Shown here piece by piece: positions 1 through 13,390 of a stretch of DNA of 64,000 nt (its first letter is position 1; each line of letters begins with the position of its first letter). The stretch is taken from positions 7,938,001 to 8,002,000 of the forward strand of contig NC_045696.1 in NCBI RefSeq assembly GCF_009834535.1, given 5' to 3'. A program made the translations under genes and the position numbers. The notes below the pieces were generated by a model. It saw only the letters and a program-made list of their open reading frames with translations, searched no databases and had not been told where the DNA came from. The DNA is from Camelus ferus. Lineage: Eukaryota.

Positions 1-887
1 ACCAACTTCGGCTCTCGGAGATATTAGGGTTAAATATATATAAACATGGAACACACATCGAGCCTCAAATGCAAGACTAATCACTGTTACTTGTGGTGCT
101 GTTTTCTGATTGCATTTCACTCATTGCAAAAAGTCAGAAGATGGTGTTTTCCAGAGTATTCAAGGCAGCATAGTACAGTTAACCCCTCCCAGCTGACCTC
201 GTCCAGCCTCTAGGAACTGAGCTCCATGTTTAAATAATAGCTTAGCTCCTTTGATTTAATCAATAACTGGGCTTTTTAAATTCATAGGACTCTTTTTCTA
301 TCCTTGAGTGTTCTCTCAAGGACAGAGTAACATAGTCCTAAAATATTCTCAGTTCAGTCTTCCTCCTTCCATCCAAAACAGCTGCTGCCCAGGGCCAGGG
401 ACTGGCTGGGAGCCTGCTGAGTGTCCCTTCAAATAGAGAACCATGGGTCCTTGAACTAAGCCCAGGCTGCTGATAAGAAAGATTAACAGAGCTTACAATC
501 TCCCGTGATCAAGATGCTGACCCCGTGGGTGGTGGGGCAGGAGAGCTGCGTCCACGTCAACGCAGTAGAAACTCTGGAAGGGAAGCAGTAAGAAGAGGAT
601 CTTCAAGTAGGAAATTTGGGAGTTGGTGGGCCCGTTCCCTAAACTCATAAGTTTCAGTTTAATTTCCCCCAGCCCCACATGTCCTAGATTTCACCCAACA
701 CCTACACCTTTGAGCATGACCCTCCCTGGATCAAAGTACTGTGGTCACATCTCCAAGGTCCTGATTAGGTTCTGATTGGATTTTAAACTCTTTCTACCAC
801 CCATGCTAGTGACTCTCAATCATACTTCTCATTTGTGTGAAAAAGAAATGTGGTGTGGGCAGAAACTCACATGAATAGTGTATTTTA

Positions 888-1062
888 GGTGGGGGGTGGA
901 TACAGCTCAGTGGTAGAGTGTGTACTTAGCATGTATGAGGTCCTGGGTTCAATCTCCCTGTACTTCCATTAAACAAACAAACCAACCTAATCCTCCCTTC
1001 CCCCAAGAAAAACAAAAAAAGAATTAAAAAATAATAGTTGGACACACACACAAAATTTTTTT
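888..1062 (+). mobile_element. tRNA-derived SINE (camelid vic-1-like)
   Basis: G-rich head, A-box-like AGCTCAGTGGTAGAG, B-box-like GGTTCAATC, AACCTAATCCTCCC segment and A-rich tail. Possible degenerate 14-bp TSD AATAGTGTATTTTA (874-887) / AACAGTCTATTTTA (1063-1076). Same family as the copies at 40363 and 62115. Confidence 0.85.
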
Positions 1063-1309
1063 AACAGTCTATTTTAATGCCCTGCAGACATGTCACTATA
1101 AACCCATAACTTTCCTTGATTTTTGTTTTACTGATATAAACTGAGCTGATATGCTTAATGCAGATGGGGCAAGACTCAGGTGAAATCTTTCAGCCCTCAG
1201 CAAACCATTATTCATTCCTTCTTCAAGGCAAGGAAAGAAGGTTCAGACTGGGGTAGGTCATCACCACGTGTCGAGCCCTCACGCTGCTGAGAAAATGTAG
1301 TTCCTGGAG

Positions 1310-1480
1310 CTACAACCCCTGCCCCCTCCCCATTTATTAGCTGGGTCACCTGGGGTCGCTGACTTAACCTCTCTGAGTTTGTTTTCTCATCTCTAAATGG
1401 GATCTAATAATACCCTCAGCATCGAGTTCTGTGCAGATTAAATGAAACGATGTAATGGAATAGCTGGCCCAGTGATGGAG
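1310..1480 (+). mobile_element. MIR SINE fossil
   Basis: MIR core-like ACTTAACCTCTCTGAG...TTCTCATCTCTAAATGGG...ATTAAATGA. Confidence 0.75.
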
Positions 1481-2359
1481 ATTATCATCCAGCTGTATCC
1501 TGGAGTCTGTTTGCAACTTGAAAATTAAAATCACGAGAGACCAGCAATTTGCTATCGAAAGTTAGTTGATTTTTTTTTTTAAATAAGAGAATACGTAAGG
1601 ACAATGGGAGCTAAAAATGGAATATATCCCTTTCCCGGGAAATAAACTTTCAGGCCGTGTTGTCAGGCAGGCAGTGTCTGGGCCTGTCCCATGGTCCCGA
1701 GGCATCACTGGGCTGCAGAACCAGGCCAGAGGCTGCAAAGTCCAAAGCAGCCCGATGCCCATCCTGACCTCAGGTTAGCTCCAGGACAAGAAACGAGCCC
1801 GGGGAAGCACCATCAGCCCTCCCAACGTCTCATTTCATGTGCCTGCCCCCTGATTTCTGTTAGGACTAGCGTTGGGCTCCTGGATCTCGGGCCATGTGCT
1901 AACTTGCAATAAACAGACCAAAGAGGGGGAACTTTGCAGCCAAGCCCAAGTCAAACACCTCTGTGAAAACCTATCCTGAGTTGCCCTGAGGTGTTTCCAA
2001 AAGTAAAACAAACATTAGAACCAAACAGCACGCTGTAACTCTCCGCCCGGGGTGGGGAGCGGGGTGGGGGTTACAGACCGGCATGACGAGACTCTGCGGC
2101 TGGGGCAGGCTTCAGGCTCAACACTGCCCAGGGGTCACTCCAAAGACCCTCCAGACTCTCCTTACTGGACCCCTGACTCTGCAAGACTGTCACTCTGCAT
2201 CGGGAGACAATGGCAGCCGTTGAAGCGACGGGTCACCTAGGGAGCAGTGAGTCTCTTTTGGCTTTGCCCCAGCTGGCTCTATGAGCTGTAATAAGTCACT
2301 AGTTTATCTTCAGCTCTGCTCACACATCTAGAATCAATATTGATTATCCACGTGTCTAG

Positions 2360-2540
2360 ATCAGTGATTCTCAACTCTGCCATGCTTAAGAATCCCCTGG
2401 ACTGAGGCCGGGGCTGACATATAAAAACAAAATTCCTGGACCCACCCCTAAAATTCTGAATCAGCTAATCTGGGTCACTTTTAATAAGCAACCCTGCAGG
2501 CTCTGAAACAGGGAGACTTAAGCCTACCTTTAGAAACGCT
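2360..2540. mobile_element. MER5-like hAT DNA transposon (MITE) fossil
   Basis: Starts CAGTGATTCTCAAC, internal AGAATC..CCTGG and TTTTAATAAGC, ends TTAGAAACGCT; ends are imperfectly inverted. Confidence 0.6.
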
Positions 2541-3430
2541 AAACACATACAATAAAGTGATGAAATTTTAATCCTGATCATGTTGTATTAACATCCCAAA
2601 CTGACTCAATCCCTCATAAGCAATGCTCTGTGAAAACACAGGCCCCTAAAGCAAAATGGCTGCATTTGTGCAAGTTTTCAGTGAAAACATACTGTGTTCT
2701 CAGTTCCCGGATTGTGCCCTGGGGGTGGGGGCGGGGCTGGAGCACAGATAGGTCATGGTCTCAGCCTTCAAAAAGCCTAAAAATCTGGCTGGGAAGATGG
2801 CTCCTTAGTGAAACACCAGCTAACCGGAGAGGCAGGGAGCAATTCATGGACGGAGAGACTTCCAACATGACATCGCTCTTGGGTCCTGGAAACAAAGGCT
2901 GTGAGTGTGGCTTAGAGAATTCAGGAAGACGACGGGGAACCCCATTCAGTGGAACGAGCATAAACTGAGACCTACTGTGCGCTGACCTCAGGATAGGGAC
3001 AGAAGGGACAGAAGCTGCACTATGAGGAGTGGGATGGGCTCTGCTGAAAGGGAGGCGGGGGAGGAGGAGGAGGAGGAGGAGAAGGAGAGGACCCTGACCA
3101 GGGCTCAGTGGACTGAGAGCAGGGAAGGGCAGGTCTGGGAGATGGTGTGGCCAGGAGCCACATCAGCAGTAGGATAATACATATTACGGGGTAAGGAGAC
3201 ATGAAAACTCAGGTGCAGGAGTTTAGACTTGATTAAATAGATAAAGGGTGAATGGATTTCTTAGTGGGGCGTAATGTTAAGAGAAGAGCTTCTTCTGGAA
3301 CAGAAGACAAAGTGGCCGGATAGACAGTCAGAGACCAGGTGAGCTGTGAGGCTGGGAGCTTCCAAGGATGAATTCCATGGAATCCCATGGACTGACTTCC
3401 ATGGATTTCAGTGTCATTGGAGGATGGGGG

Positions 3431-3880
3431 TGAACTGGGTTGAATAGTGTCCCCTCCTCAAATGCATGTCCTTCCTAGAATCTCAGAATGTGACCTTATT
3501 TGGAAACAGGGCCACTGCAGATGTAATTAGTAGAGTTACGATGAGGTCACACTGAAGTAAAGTGGACTCTTGATCCATTATGACTGGCATCCTTATAAGA
3601 AGAGGAGAAAAGACACAGAGACAGACACAGAAGGACGATACAGAGGCAGAGGCTGGAGTGACGTATTTGCAACCCCAGGGATGCCAAGAACTGCAGGCAA
3701 CAAGCAGAAGCTGGAGAGACGCGTGGACAAATTCTCCCTCTGAACCCATAAGAAGGAACCAACCCTGCCCACACCTTGATTTTGGACTTCCAGTCCCTAA
3801 ATGCTGAGAGAATACATTTCTGTTGTTGTAAGCCAGCCAGTTTGTGGTGATCTGTCAGACAGCCGAAAGAAACGAATATA
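3431..3880 (+). mobile_element. MaLR solo LTR (MLT1-type)
   Basis: GGGTTGAATAGTGTCCCC, ATGTGACCTTATTTGGAAA, GACTGGCATCCTTATAAGAAGAG, AATACATTTCTGTTGTTGTAAGCC. Confidence 0.85.
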
Positions 3881-6100
3881 GGGGGCTTGAGGAAGGAAGG
3901 AAGCTGAAGATGGGTCTCTAGGGGGTGAAGAATGATGTCCAGGTGATGGCCAAGAGTCCACTGAGACAGGGCTGGAGCCCCAGGGAGCCCGGCAGTCACC
4001 GCATCTCCCTCCATCAGTGTCCACAGAAGACAAGGGGCAGTTTTTGGAGGAGGCGGGTAGAGATAGCAGCTGCCCCGCTCGGCACTCCACATAGATCTTC
4101 TGATTCCCTCTTCTGTGAATTTCCTAGACAATTATCACAGGAGCCCCATGCTTAGAAAAGGTGTCTGAGCCGCCTCCGGAAATTAAAGGATTTTTCTAGT
4201 TATGAAACGTGCACCGAATGATTGTTAAGAGAGGGCCTTGTTTTCCCATGTAGGCACAGGGTCGCTTCAAAGAGAAAACACAATGCCCCCATTTTCCTCA
4301 CTAGATTTTAGTCCTGGACTTCCCCTATAAAACCAGAATTGGAGAAGGCTGCAAGTAGAATGGCCCCATTCACAGGAAAATGCTAAAGGCTGATTTCCCA
4401 TGACTTGAAGGGTTCGTTGCCCCTCTCCCCCAACTGGTGTGTGATGTGGCTTAATTCTCTAGGCTTGCCATCCTTGAAATCATCTCTCCCCCTTCCTCAG
4501 TGAAATTTCCTAAAAGCAACCACACAAATGCTGCAGGTGTGTGAGATCGGGGCTGCTCACGTACAGAGAGACTGTGCAAAGTGGGGGAAAAAGGGTGCCC
4601 CATCCAGGTGGAGGGATTGCAAAAAGAGACCTTTGTCCTGGCGGCTGAATTGCAAAAAGTGCCCCAGCGGAGTGGGCCACGTAGAGGAAAAAGATTCCCA
4701 GGACAGGGAGCAAGGCTCGGCCAGCGGAGCCCCGGTGGGATTTCAGCTTCCACGAGGCCCACATGTGCACAGGGCTGACGCTGCCCAAATGGATGCAGGC
4801 AGCTTGGGCCCCACGCAGAACCCAGGTTCCTTTTGTCACCTCTTAATGGAGCCCAAGGAGGCTGCTAAGGGCTGCTCCCACCTGTCTGTGGGCTGCAGGG
4901 AGCTCCAGCTACTTCCTGCGTGTCTGTCTTTTCCCGAGTGGCTGGGAGGAACACTTTGCTCTCCGTCTTATCCATTTTCACATTTCCATCACCAACAGAG
5001 CTCAGTCACAGCGTATACTCCCAACGTGTCTGTTGAACATTGGGGCACATAATCCAGTTCAAGCCTGGAAACCTCTTCTCCTGCTCAACCAACCTGCTGC
5101 CTACCTGCATTTTTCCCATCCGTTGTTCTACTGGTCTTTAATGGCTAACTCCAGACAAGAGATGTAAAATAAAATCCGTGGAGAAGGACTGGTCAACTTG
5201 CAATCCTCCAGGACCCGAGAAAAGGCAACATTATTATTAATATTTTGCTTTTTTCCCTCTCTCTCTGCTCACCCTTCTCCCAGCTCACCAAGGCACCCCT
5301 CCTTGTCAACGATGTGGTTCTGTATCACCACCACCCGTGGCTGAGACTAAGACTGAGTGCCACGGAGATCCATCCTTCCACCACTCCCTTCAAACTGCCC
5401 TGAAAGCAGCAAAGGAAATTAACCACAGCCTCCACGGCCGCTGCGCTGCTGAAAGACCTTGCACGTCGCTGGCGATAGATCTGGAGCACAGCTCATAACT
5501 CAGCCCTTGGAGGGTGGGTCATGCAGGTGTCTCGAGGTGGCTGGAACTCCGGTGGGGGCAGTTGAGGTGACAGATATGACCTGCGAGGGGGAACAAAGTC
5601 TCAGTTACCCGGCGATGAAATGAGGAGTGATTTCTCTGCCCCGTTCTGGCTTTCCCTGGCTTAGGTCAGGCCTTTATGATGATTTGTGCAAAACCTTTGA
5701 AGTTCGGTCATTTCACAGCTCACGCTGGGCCTGCTTGAGTTTGCTGAAAGATAAGAGTTATTGGAGATACGAAAGATCAATTTGAAGGGAAGAGAGAAGA
5801 AAACAGCCTTAGGGCCTTTTCCCCTTGGAAAGCAAAGAAAACCTGTGTTCTCTGCCGGCCCTTTTCCTTCCCTCCCCGGCTTCCTTCGCCATCGGGTGGG
5901 AGGGAGCCCGAGTGGACTGGGAGCATTTCCTCCGGGCTCCGATGATGTAAACCAGGGATGCTGGGAGGTGCCCTGTGACCTCCTGTGCCCCGAGGTCCCC
6001 ACGTGGTCTAAATCTGGAGAAATTTGCCCTCAGGGGAAAAGTTTCCTAAGTCTGCTTACGTGGTGGGCCATCCTTCAGGAAACTTGATTTCTAAAAAGCG

Positions 6101-6543
6101 GTATACTTTAGCTTCCTAGAACGGCAGTAACAAAGTACCACAAGCCGGGTGATTTAAAACAACTGAAATGGAGTCTCTCACAGTCCTGGAGGCCAGAAGT
6201 CCGAAATTAAGTTGTCAGCAGGGCCCTGATCTCTCTGAAGGCTCTAGGAGAGAGTCCTGCCCTGCCTCTTCCAGCTCCTGGTCGACCAGCAACCCTTGGC
6301 ATCCCTTGGCTGGTGGTGGCATCATTCCATCTCTGCCTCTGTCTTCACGTGGTTTCCCCGTGTGCGTCCTCTCTGAGGCTGTGTCTAAGGACACCAGTCG
6401 TTGGATTAGGGCCCACCCCTCCAACCTCATTTTACCTTAGTCACCTCTTTAAAGACCCTCTCTCCAAAGACAGCCACATTCTGAGGTGCTGGGGGTTAGG
6501 GCTTCAACACAGGAGTTTGGGAGGGACACAATTCAGCCCAAAC
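6101..6543 (-). mobile_element. MaLR solo LTR (MLT1-type)
   Basis: Reverse-strand MLT1 hallmarks TAACAAAGTACCACAA, TGGAGGCCAGAAGTCC, CACATTCTGAGGT..GGGGTTAGG, GGGACACAATTCAGCCC. Confidence 0.85.
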
Positions 6544-7993
6544 CACCATCCTTCCACGCCATGTGGGAGGGAGAACTCGGACTCCTTCCACTACTCAGGT
6601 GTGCGGGGGTCACAAAGCTTCCTTAGTTCTCTTCCTCGTGAGCCCCTCTTCTGAGTAGCCAAAGGGATTCATCTGTCATGAATATTATCTCCAGCCCTTC
6701 TGGCTGAAACAGTCACCTTCTATGAAAACAGCTCCATTAGGGAAACATTTCTTGGTAAATGTCAACTCTTACCATTGCCGTTCTCTTCCCACCACCCTCA
6801 GGTCCAAGATGGCAGCCAGCACACAGGGAAACGCATGGTCCCCGTGGGGAGGGCACAGGTCTCCTGGTCTTGTCCCATCCCTGCATTGGCCTCTTCCTCC
6901 AGGAGGCTGTGCTGGTCCTGGTGAGTGTACTGACAGGTATCTGCTCAGGGGTGCACAGGCTGGGTCTGCCTTTTGGACATCCAGCTGATGTCCCTGCTAA
7001 AGGCAATGGACTGTGGGCTAGGCTGGGGAGCTCTCACATGTGACCAAGTCACCCTGGAGATCCCCTAGGTCTGGAGGGATGTCCACTCCATCTCTGGTCA
7101 AGGTGGGCCCCTCACAGCCATTGGCTCCCAGCAGACTCGGCTGCGTGCTGTACCAGCCTGGGGAACATGTGAGGATCCTTGGGTCCCCTGCACGCTGTAA
7201 GGAATCCTGACTCTGGCTCATTCACCCTGCCTTCCTGCAACCACATCATACTCCCCATGTTGGGAGGGGTCATCTCCTCCAAGGATTACAACAGGGAGCA
7301 GAAGGAAAGCCCACTTTCTTTGGGCTCCTTCCCAGTACATTAGATTTGGGGCAAACGTATGTGACCACTGGCTTCCCCTTCCTCAGCTCCCTCCTCACCC
7401 TCATCCAGCTGAGCCAGAAGACTCATGCTTCCCTCGTTCCTCGTGGCAGAAACTCGTACGCCATGTGCTGTGTACTCTGAATGATAAGACCCGCGGACAT
7501 CAAATCTCTGGGTCTGGATCTCTAGGTGGTTATAGGGGTTAAAGGAATTTTGAAAATTCTCTTTTGCCATTGCCCGGCTTTCAAGAACACTGTCTTGCTG
7601 GAGACATAAAAACCTATATTGGATATCAGAAGCCAAAACCTAGTCCTTTTTGCTACTTCTCCCCCATGCTCCACCCCCAGAAGGGAGCCAGAAGGGCAGC
7701 CCTCTCTACTCGCAGACCCCCCACTCAGCCGGGACTTCTAGGGTAACCTTACCTGTCCATGGGGCTGACCTCGAGCCTCGCTGTGATGCTGTCCCCTTAC
7801 TCCTTGAGCCCAGGAGGGTCTCTATCTCTTCTCGGGTGGAAAAAAACAAATCAAAATAAACAAACAAAACTGGCTCAACACACATGGCTCTTGGACCTCA
7901 GCTCCTAACTTAGGGCCAAGAATTTGACCATGTTCTTGGTTCTAAGATGCCCCATCTCTCACAGCCTAAACTGCTCCCGGTCAGGCAGGGGGC

Positions 7994-8429
7994 TGGATGC
8001 GTTTCCTGTGGCTGCCATGATCAATCATCACAAACTAGGAGCCTTGAAACAACAGAACTTTGTTCTCCCACAGTTCTAGAGGCCAGAAGTCCCAAATCAA
8101 GGTGTCAGCAGGGCCGTGCTCCCTGACGCCTCTGAAGACTGTAGGGGGGGCCTCCTTCCCTGCCTCTTCCAGCCTCGGTGGCTCCTGGCGTTCTTCAGCG
8201 TCCCCCGGCTTGTGGCTGCATCACCCCAGGCTCTCCCTCTGCCTTCACATGGTTTTCTTTTGTGTGTCTCTTCTCTTCCTATAAGGACAGCAGCCATCGG
8301 ATTTGGGGCCCACCCTAATCCGGTACAACCTCATCTTGATGTATATCTACAAAGACCATTTCCAAATAAGGTCACATTCTGAGGGCCTCGGTAGACATGA
8401 GTTTGGGGGGACACTGTCCACCCATTACA
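7994..8429 (-). mobile_element. MaLR solo LTR (MLT1-type)
   Basis: CAGTTCTAGAGGCCAGAAGTCC, AAGGTGTCAGCAGGG, TTCCAAATAAGGTCACATTCTGAG. Confidence 0.85.
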
Positions 8430-10553
8430 GGGACTCATGAGTTAATGCTTCCTAATGCCGTTCTGACTCCCATGATAAAGCCCCAAGCACAGAGTGGGTG
8501 CTCGGAGAGAGACCTCCTTCTCGCCCGTTCTTCCGCAACGCCCCGTGTTTACTTGAAAGTGGTATGTGTTTTCATAATCGCCTTACACCGCCCTCCAGAA
8601 GTCAGCAGCTCCTGCGAACACTGGCCTGCAGCGCTTGCCCTGGGCTCAGCCACACTCCTTCTGAACCCGCCCTCCCCCCTCCCCTGGTCTTTGATGACCA
8701 TTTGCTTTTTTGTTTATACCCCTTCTTGTTCCAGGAAGGCTTTTATTACCAGGCTAAATGAACCCAGGAAGATCCTGTAGCAAACACAGTGTTCTCCACA
8801 AACACAACTTTCCATGAAACCGACACGAAAACCCCCCAAAGCACTTGGAAATCAAAAGGATCATGTTAAGTTTGACGTTGGGCTCCTCTTCTTTAGCTTC
8901 GCTGACTCGCTGAAACACAGTCTCTTCCTCACTGTCCTGCTTTTGTGAACTTCGTGTGCACTGCCTTGTTTTCTGGTCCACCTCCTGATGGAAGAAACCG
9001 CTAGCTGAGAAAGGAGATTCTGGATTATTGAGAGCTGCAGATAGCAATCAAAGTGACTTGTTTTAGGACGTGGACCTCAGAAAGGAGATTGTGGTGGGGG
9101 GGGACCCTAGTTCAGGGATGGGAAATGTATCCTGTGGTCCCACGTGGCCCTGGTGAGTTTGCTTGAGTAAAAAAGTCTCAGGAAAGCCACCAACCAGTGT
9201 TTAGGACTGAAAATGGTGAAGGACATGCAGCTCCCTAACCCAACATGATGAAAGGGAGGGCTTTCTCTGGCTCCAAGTTATTCCTCTTTGACCTTATTCA
9301 CAGAGAATTGGGAAGATTTGGCTTTGCTGCTGGCAAAAGTCATTTTAAGAAAAAATGTGAGTCTGTGTGTGCGGCATGCACATGTGTGCATGTCCACCGT
9401 GTGTCCGTGGGTGTGCCTATGCACACACATGCATGTGTGTGTAAAGGGGAGAGGGTGGGACAGGAAGCAGAGGGGGAGGGGAGGGCGCAAACAAACGTCC
9501 CTCCCAGCGTACGAAATTGAATATTCAGAGGAGTCCTCTCCCTTTGGAAAAGTGCCTGAGAGTATATGAATGTGTCTCAAGAACCCCTGACTTTCTCATC
9601 CACATGCTGCCCGATTTGTGGCAGCTGAGATATTTTGAAGGTGTTTCAAGCGAGGACGCAGCAGGTCATCCTGGTCGCTCAGCTGTGGGGGGTGTAAACT
9701 GGAATCGGGAGTGGAGGAAAGACCTTTCAGAAAGCTGTGCTCGAGACCCACACCTGTTCATTCAGCAAATCTTGACTGAGTGCTGGATCCTCCCTGAAGC
9801 CACCTGCTGGTAACAACCAGCTTTTCTAACAGCTGGAGGGAGGGTGCGGGACACTGGGCCGGCAGCTTGTGCGGGAGAGAACGTAGGGCTTACATCAGAG
9901 GCCCGGATCTTTCTGTGACCAGCTGTGAGGACTGGACAAGATGCCTGGCAATGATAACAGATGCCCCCCAGAGTTTTCTGTGTGATTAAATAGCAGTTGG
10001 TGTAAGCACACTTAGTAAATTACAAGGCATGAGGGCCCCTGGAGGTGCCACACCTGGCGTCAGGTGACTTTCTGTTAAGGAATAGCAATTAGGAGGAGAC
10101 CAGGATGGACAAGATCTTTGTCCCAAATGGCAGGTGGATGAGCTGATGGTCTCCTCCAGCCCCTCCTGCTGCTGTGCGCCCACCGGGTCCTGGAGCCGCG
10201 GCTCCACGCTGCCTCCTCCTGTGGTGGGGAGCCTGCCCGCCCCCGGCTGAGCGGCCCAGGCACAGTGCGACCTTGAGAAAGGGAGCGTTCACTGTAAGAA
10301 GGTCACTGATAGTGGCCTTAAATCCTCTGCCAGTGGTTCATTCATCCTGCCAGGTGGGCTGGGACCTGGATTTGGCATTTGGCTCTCAGAATTAGCTAGA
10401 ATAGAGACAGGAGGGAAGCGTTGTGTAGATTAACATCTGAGAACATTTTTTTCCCAATGAAACTCCTTACATGTAAACTGCTGGGCTGCTACAAGACCAC
10501 TGGGCGGGGGACCTAACTCAGAAAGGCTAAAATCGGACCAGTCTGTTCTCCTG

Positions 10554-10554
<1 letters not shown>

Positions 10555-10582
<28 letters not shown>
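10555..10582. repeat. (TG)14 microsatellite
   Basis: Direct read; sits at the tail position of the adjacent L1 fragment. Confidence 0.95.
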
Positions 10583-10587
<5 letters not shown>

Positions 10588-11065
10588 GTAGTAAGACTCA
10601 CAACATAAAACTTAACATTTTAACCACTTTTACGCATGCAATTCAGTAGCACTAAGTCCATCCACGCTGTGTAACGGTCACCACCATCTATCTCCAGAAC
10701 TTTTTCATCTTCCCCAAGTGAAACTTTGTACCCACCAAACACCAACTCCCCATCCTTCTCTCCCCTCAGCCCCGGCAACCACCATTCTACTTTCTGTGAA
10801 TCTGACTACTGTAGGGACCGCATGTAACCAGAATCATACAATATTTGACCTCTTAAGACTGGATCATTTCACTTCACGTGATGTCTTCAAGGTCCATCCA
10901 TGTTGTAGCATATATCCAAATTTCATTCCTTTTAAAAGCTACGTAATACTCCATCGTACGGATAGACCACATTTTGCTTATCCATTCATCCACTGACGGA
11001 CATCTGAGTTGTTTCCACCTTTTGGCTCTTGAGTGTAGGGGCACAAATTTCTGTCTGAGCTCCCA
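10583..11065 (-). mobile_element. L1 3'-end fragment (L1MB-like)
   Basis: TTTTAACCACTTTTA, CACCATCTATCTCCAGAACTTTTTCATCTTCCC, GGCAACCACCATTCTACTTTCTGT, TTATCCATTCATCCACTGACGGACAT. Confidence 0.8.
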
Positions 11066-12004
11066 CTTTCCGTTTTTGGGGTCTCTTTATAGTTTAAGAC
11101 ATAATTTTTTGGTTGTCACTTTATCAGATGATCCCTGGCCTCCTTGGCTGGAAACTTACTGGTATCTATCTTGTCCAAAAGGTTAAATCTTCCTGTGTCT
11201 AGAGTACAAAAGAGCAACTAGCAAACACAGGATTATGTTGAAATGTCTGTTGCCAACACTGTTGTCAGCTGAATGATGGACAGCAGATAAGTCAAACTGG
11301 GGTCCTGTTTCACAAATGTGTTGTTGGAATTTTAGAAACTTCTCATTTCATATCAGCATTAGCCAACATACTTACGCTCTGACAGTCCCAAAGAAGCCCA
11401 GCCTGAACTAAGATAGATGTCACTTTGGCTGAAAGAAGACTGTCGACAGGAACCTATTTAATTCATTTCCCCACTGCTCTTCCCTGTTAAACACATTTGC
11501 CATCAATTGACTTCTCTATTCTCTATTTGGAAATGTCCATACTAAGCAAAATTCTGTCTCTCTTTTTAAATAGATTATGAAGCACTATTATCTCTACTTA
11601 CTTATGACAGATTATTTCAAGAAATGTGCAAATATTATAAATAACAGTTGGTGGGAAATGAGGGATTTTTCCACAGTAGGTTATGTGGTTTCCAAACAGT
11701 TACTTGGTTTGCCTTTAATGTCACTTTGTTGTCACTTCTCTCAGGATGAGAGAGTGTCCTGAGGCAGCCAAAGATACAGCTCCCAAAAACAAACTGAAGC
11801 ATAAGATTAGGAAGGCATCTTCCTTTTGCTCTGTATTTGGAAGTGAACGTGACCGCTGCAATGACTGATGTGGCGTCTTCCACTCTACCAGTGCAGCCCA
11901 TATTCAAGTCTTTGTTGACAGATCAGATTTCCCTGGAAATCACACTCTCGTGCCACATAACAGAAAGAATAGCAAGTAAGTAGTGAGCCACAGATATCGC
12001 TAGC

Positions 12005-12472
12005 TGTCATGGGTTGAATTCTGTCCCCCAGAAAGATACGTTCAAGTTCTAATCCCTGGTACTTGTGCATGTGACCTTATTTGGAAATAGGGTCTTTGCA
12101 GATATAATTATTTAAGATGAGGTCAGACTGGAGGAGGGCAGGCCCTTAATCCAATATGACTGGTGTCCTTAGAAAGGGACAGTGTCACGTGAAGAGAGAG
12201 ACACACACGGGGAGAGGGCCATGCGAGGACCGAGGCAGGGACTGGGGCAAAGCAGCTGCACGGCAAGGACCACCACGGACTGCCGGCCACCGCCAGAAGC
12301 TGGAAGAGGCAGGAACACTTCCACCCAGAGTCCCAGAGGGAGTCCTGCCCTGCTGACACCTTGGTTTTAGACTTTTGACCTCCCGCTGTGAACTGTGAGG
12401 GAATAAATGTTTGTTATTGTAAGCCGCCCAGTTTGTGGCACATTATTACAGAAGTCCCAGGAAACAAAAACA
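12005..12472 (+). mobile_element. MaLR solo LTR (MLT1-type)
   Basis: TGTCATGGGTTGAATTCTGTCCCC...GTGACCTTATTTGGAAATAGGGTCTTTGCAGAT...AATAAATG...CA. Confidence 0.88.
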
Positions 12473-12669
12473 CTGGCAAGTGTTAAGCCTACTTACTTGA
12501 TGAAAAAGTAATATTCCTCCCAAGCTGATTTGCAGTTCATTCTCCAGGTCAAGAAGTACAATCTTAAACTCCAAAGTAGAGAGTTTTCAAATCGTGATTC
12601 TGCGGTTGATTGAATCTCTGGCTACAGAACCCACACTCCAAGGCCGACTTAGAATGATACGAGCCCAGA

Positions 12670-12870
12670 TGCCTGTGTTCAAATCTCGCCTCCACCACTT
12701 AGTAGGACCTTGAGCAGGTTATTTAACTTCTCAGAGCCTCCATTTCCCCATCCAAAAAATGGGGCTAATAGTAGTACCTAAAGCAAAGGACTGTTTTAAG
12801 GATAAAATTAGTAAATGTATGTGATGTGCTTAAAACAACAACCAGTACACAGTGAGCTCAGTACCACTGT
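12670..12870 (+). mobile_element. MIR SINE fossil
   Basis: GTTCAAATC..CCTCCACCACTT..GACCTTGAGCAGGTTATTTAACTTCTCAGAGCCTC. Confidence 0.8.
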
Positions 12871-13264
12871 TACTACTGACATCACAAATACGAGGAGTTC
12901 GCCAAAATCGGACCTCTGCAAAGTTAACATTAAACCGTGCAGACAGGATTTCATGGAAGTCTTGTTTGTCTGACAGGATATGCTGTCGATAAATTGAGCA
13001 AAGTCAAGTTCTACAGTGGCCTTCACCCCAGCAAGATAGCTGAGTCCGCTAACTCAGACTCACGTTGCTGGTATGCGGCTCAAATCAAAGAGGACCCAAA
13101 ACAGTTACTGAAAACCACATACATAACTTTCCTTTCATTAATTCATTCGTTCTACAAACTTCTTCTGACTTCCTAATGTGTGTTAGACCCCAGCCTGGTT
13201 CTATGAAGAATTAAAAAATGAAAAAAGCATTGAAGGCCAGTTGAGATAGAATAAAGGTGATGGA

Positions 13265-13390
13265 TTTATTCATCCATCAACTATTCATCCATCATCCACC
13301 TGCCCACCCATCCATCTTTATTCATGTCTCATCCATCTGCCCACCCATCCATCCTCCATCCATCACCCAACCATTCGTCCATCCATTTAA
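13265..13390. repeat. Degenerate (CATC)n simple repeat
   Basis: Repeated CATC/CCAT units read directly. Confidence 0.8.

Noticed and set aside
891..965. tRNA-like sequences (also near 40363 and 62170-62240)
   Set aside because: They have SINE bodies, A-tails and TSDs and lack an intact cloverleaf, so they are SINE heads rather than tRNA genes.
3371..3410. Three CCATGG palindromes in 40 bp
   Set aside because: Tiny local duplication between repeat fossils with no supporting context.
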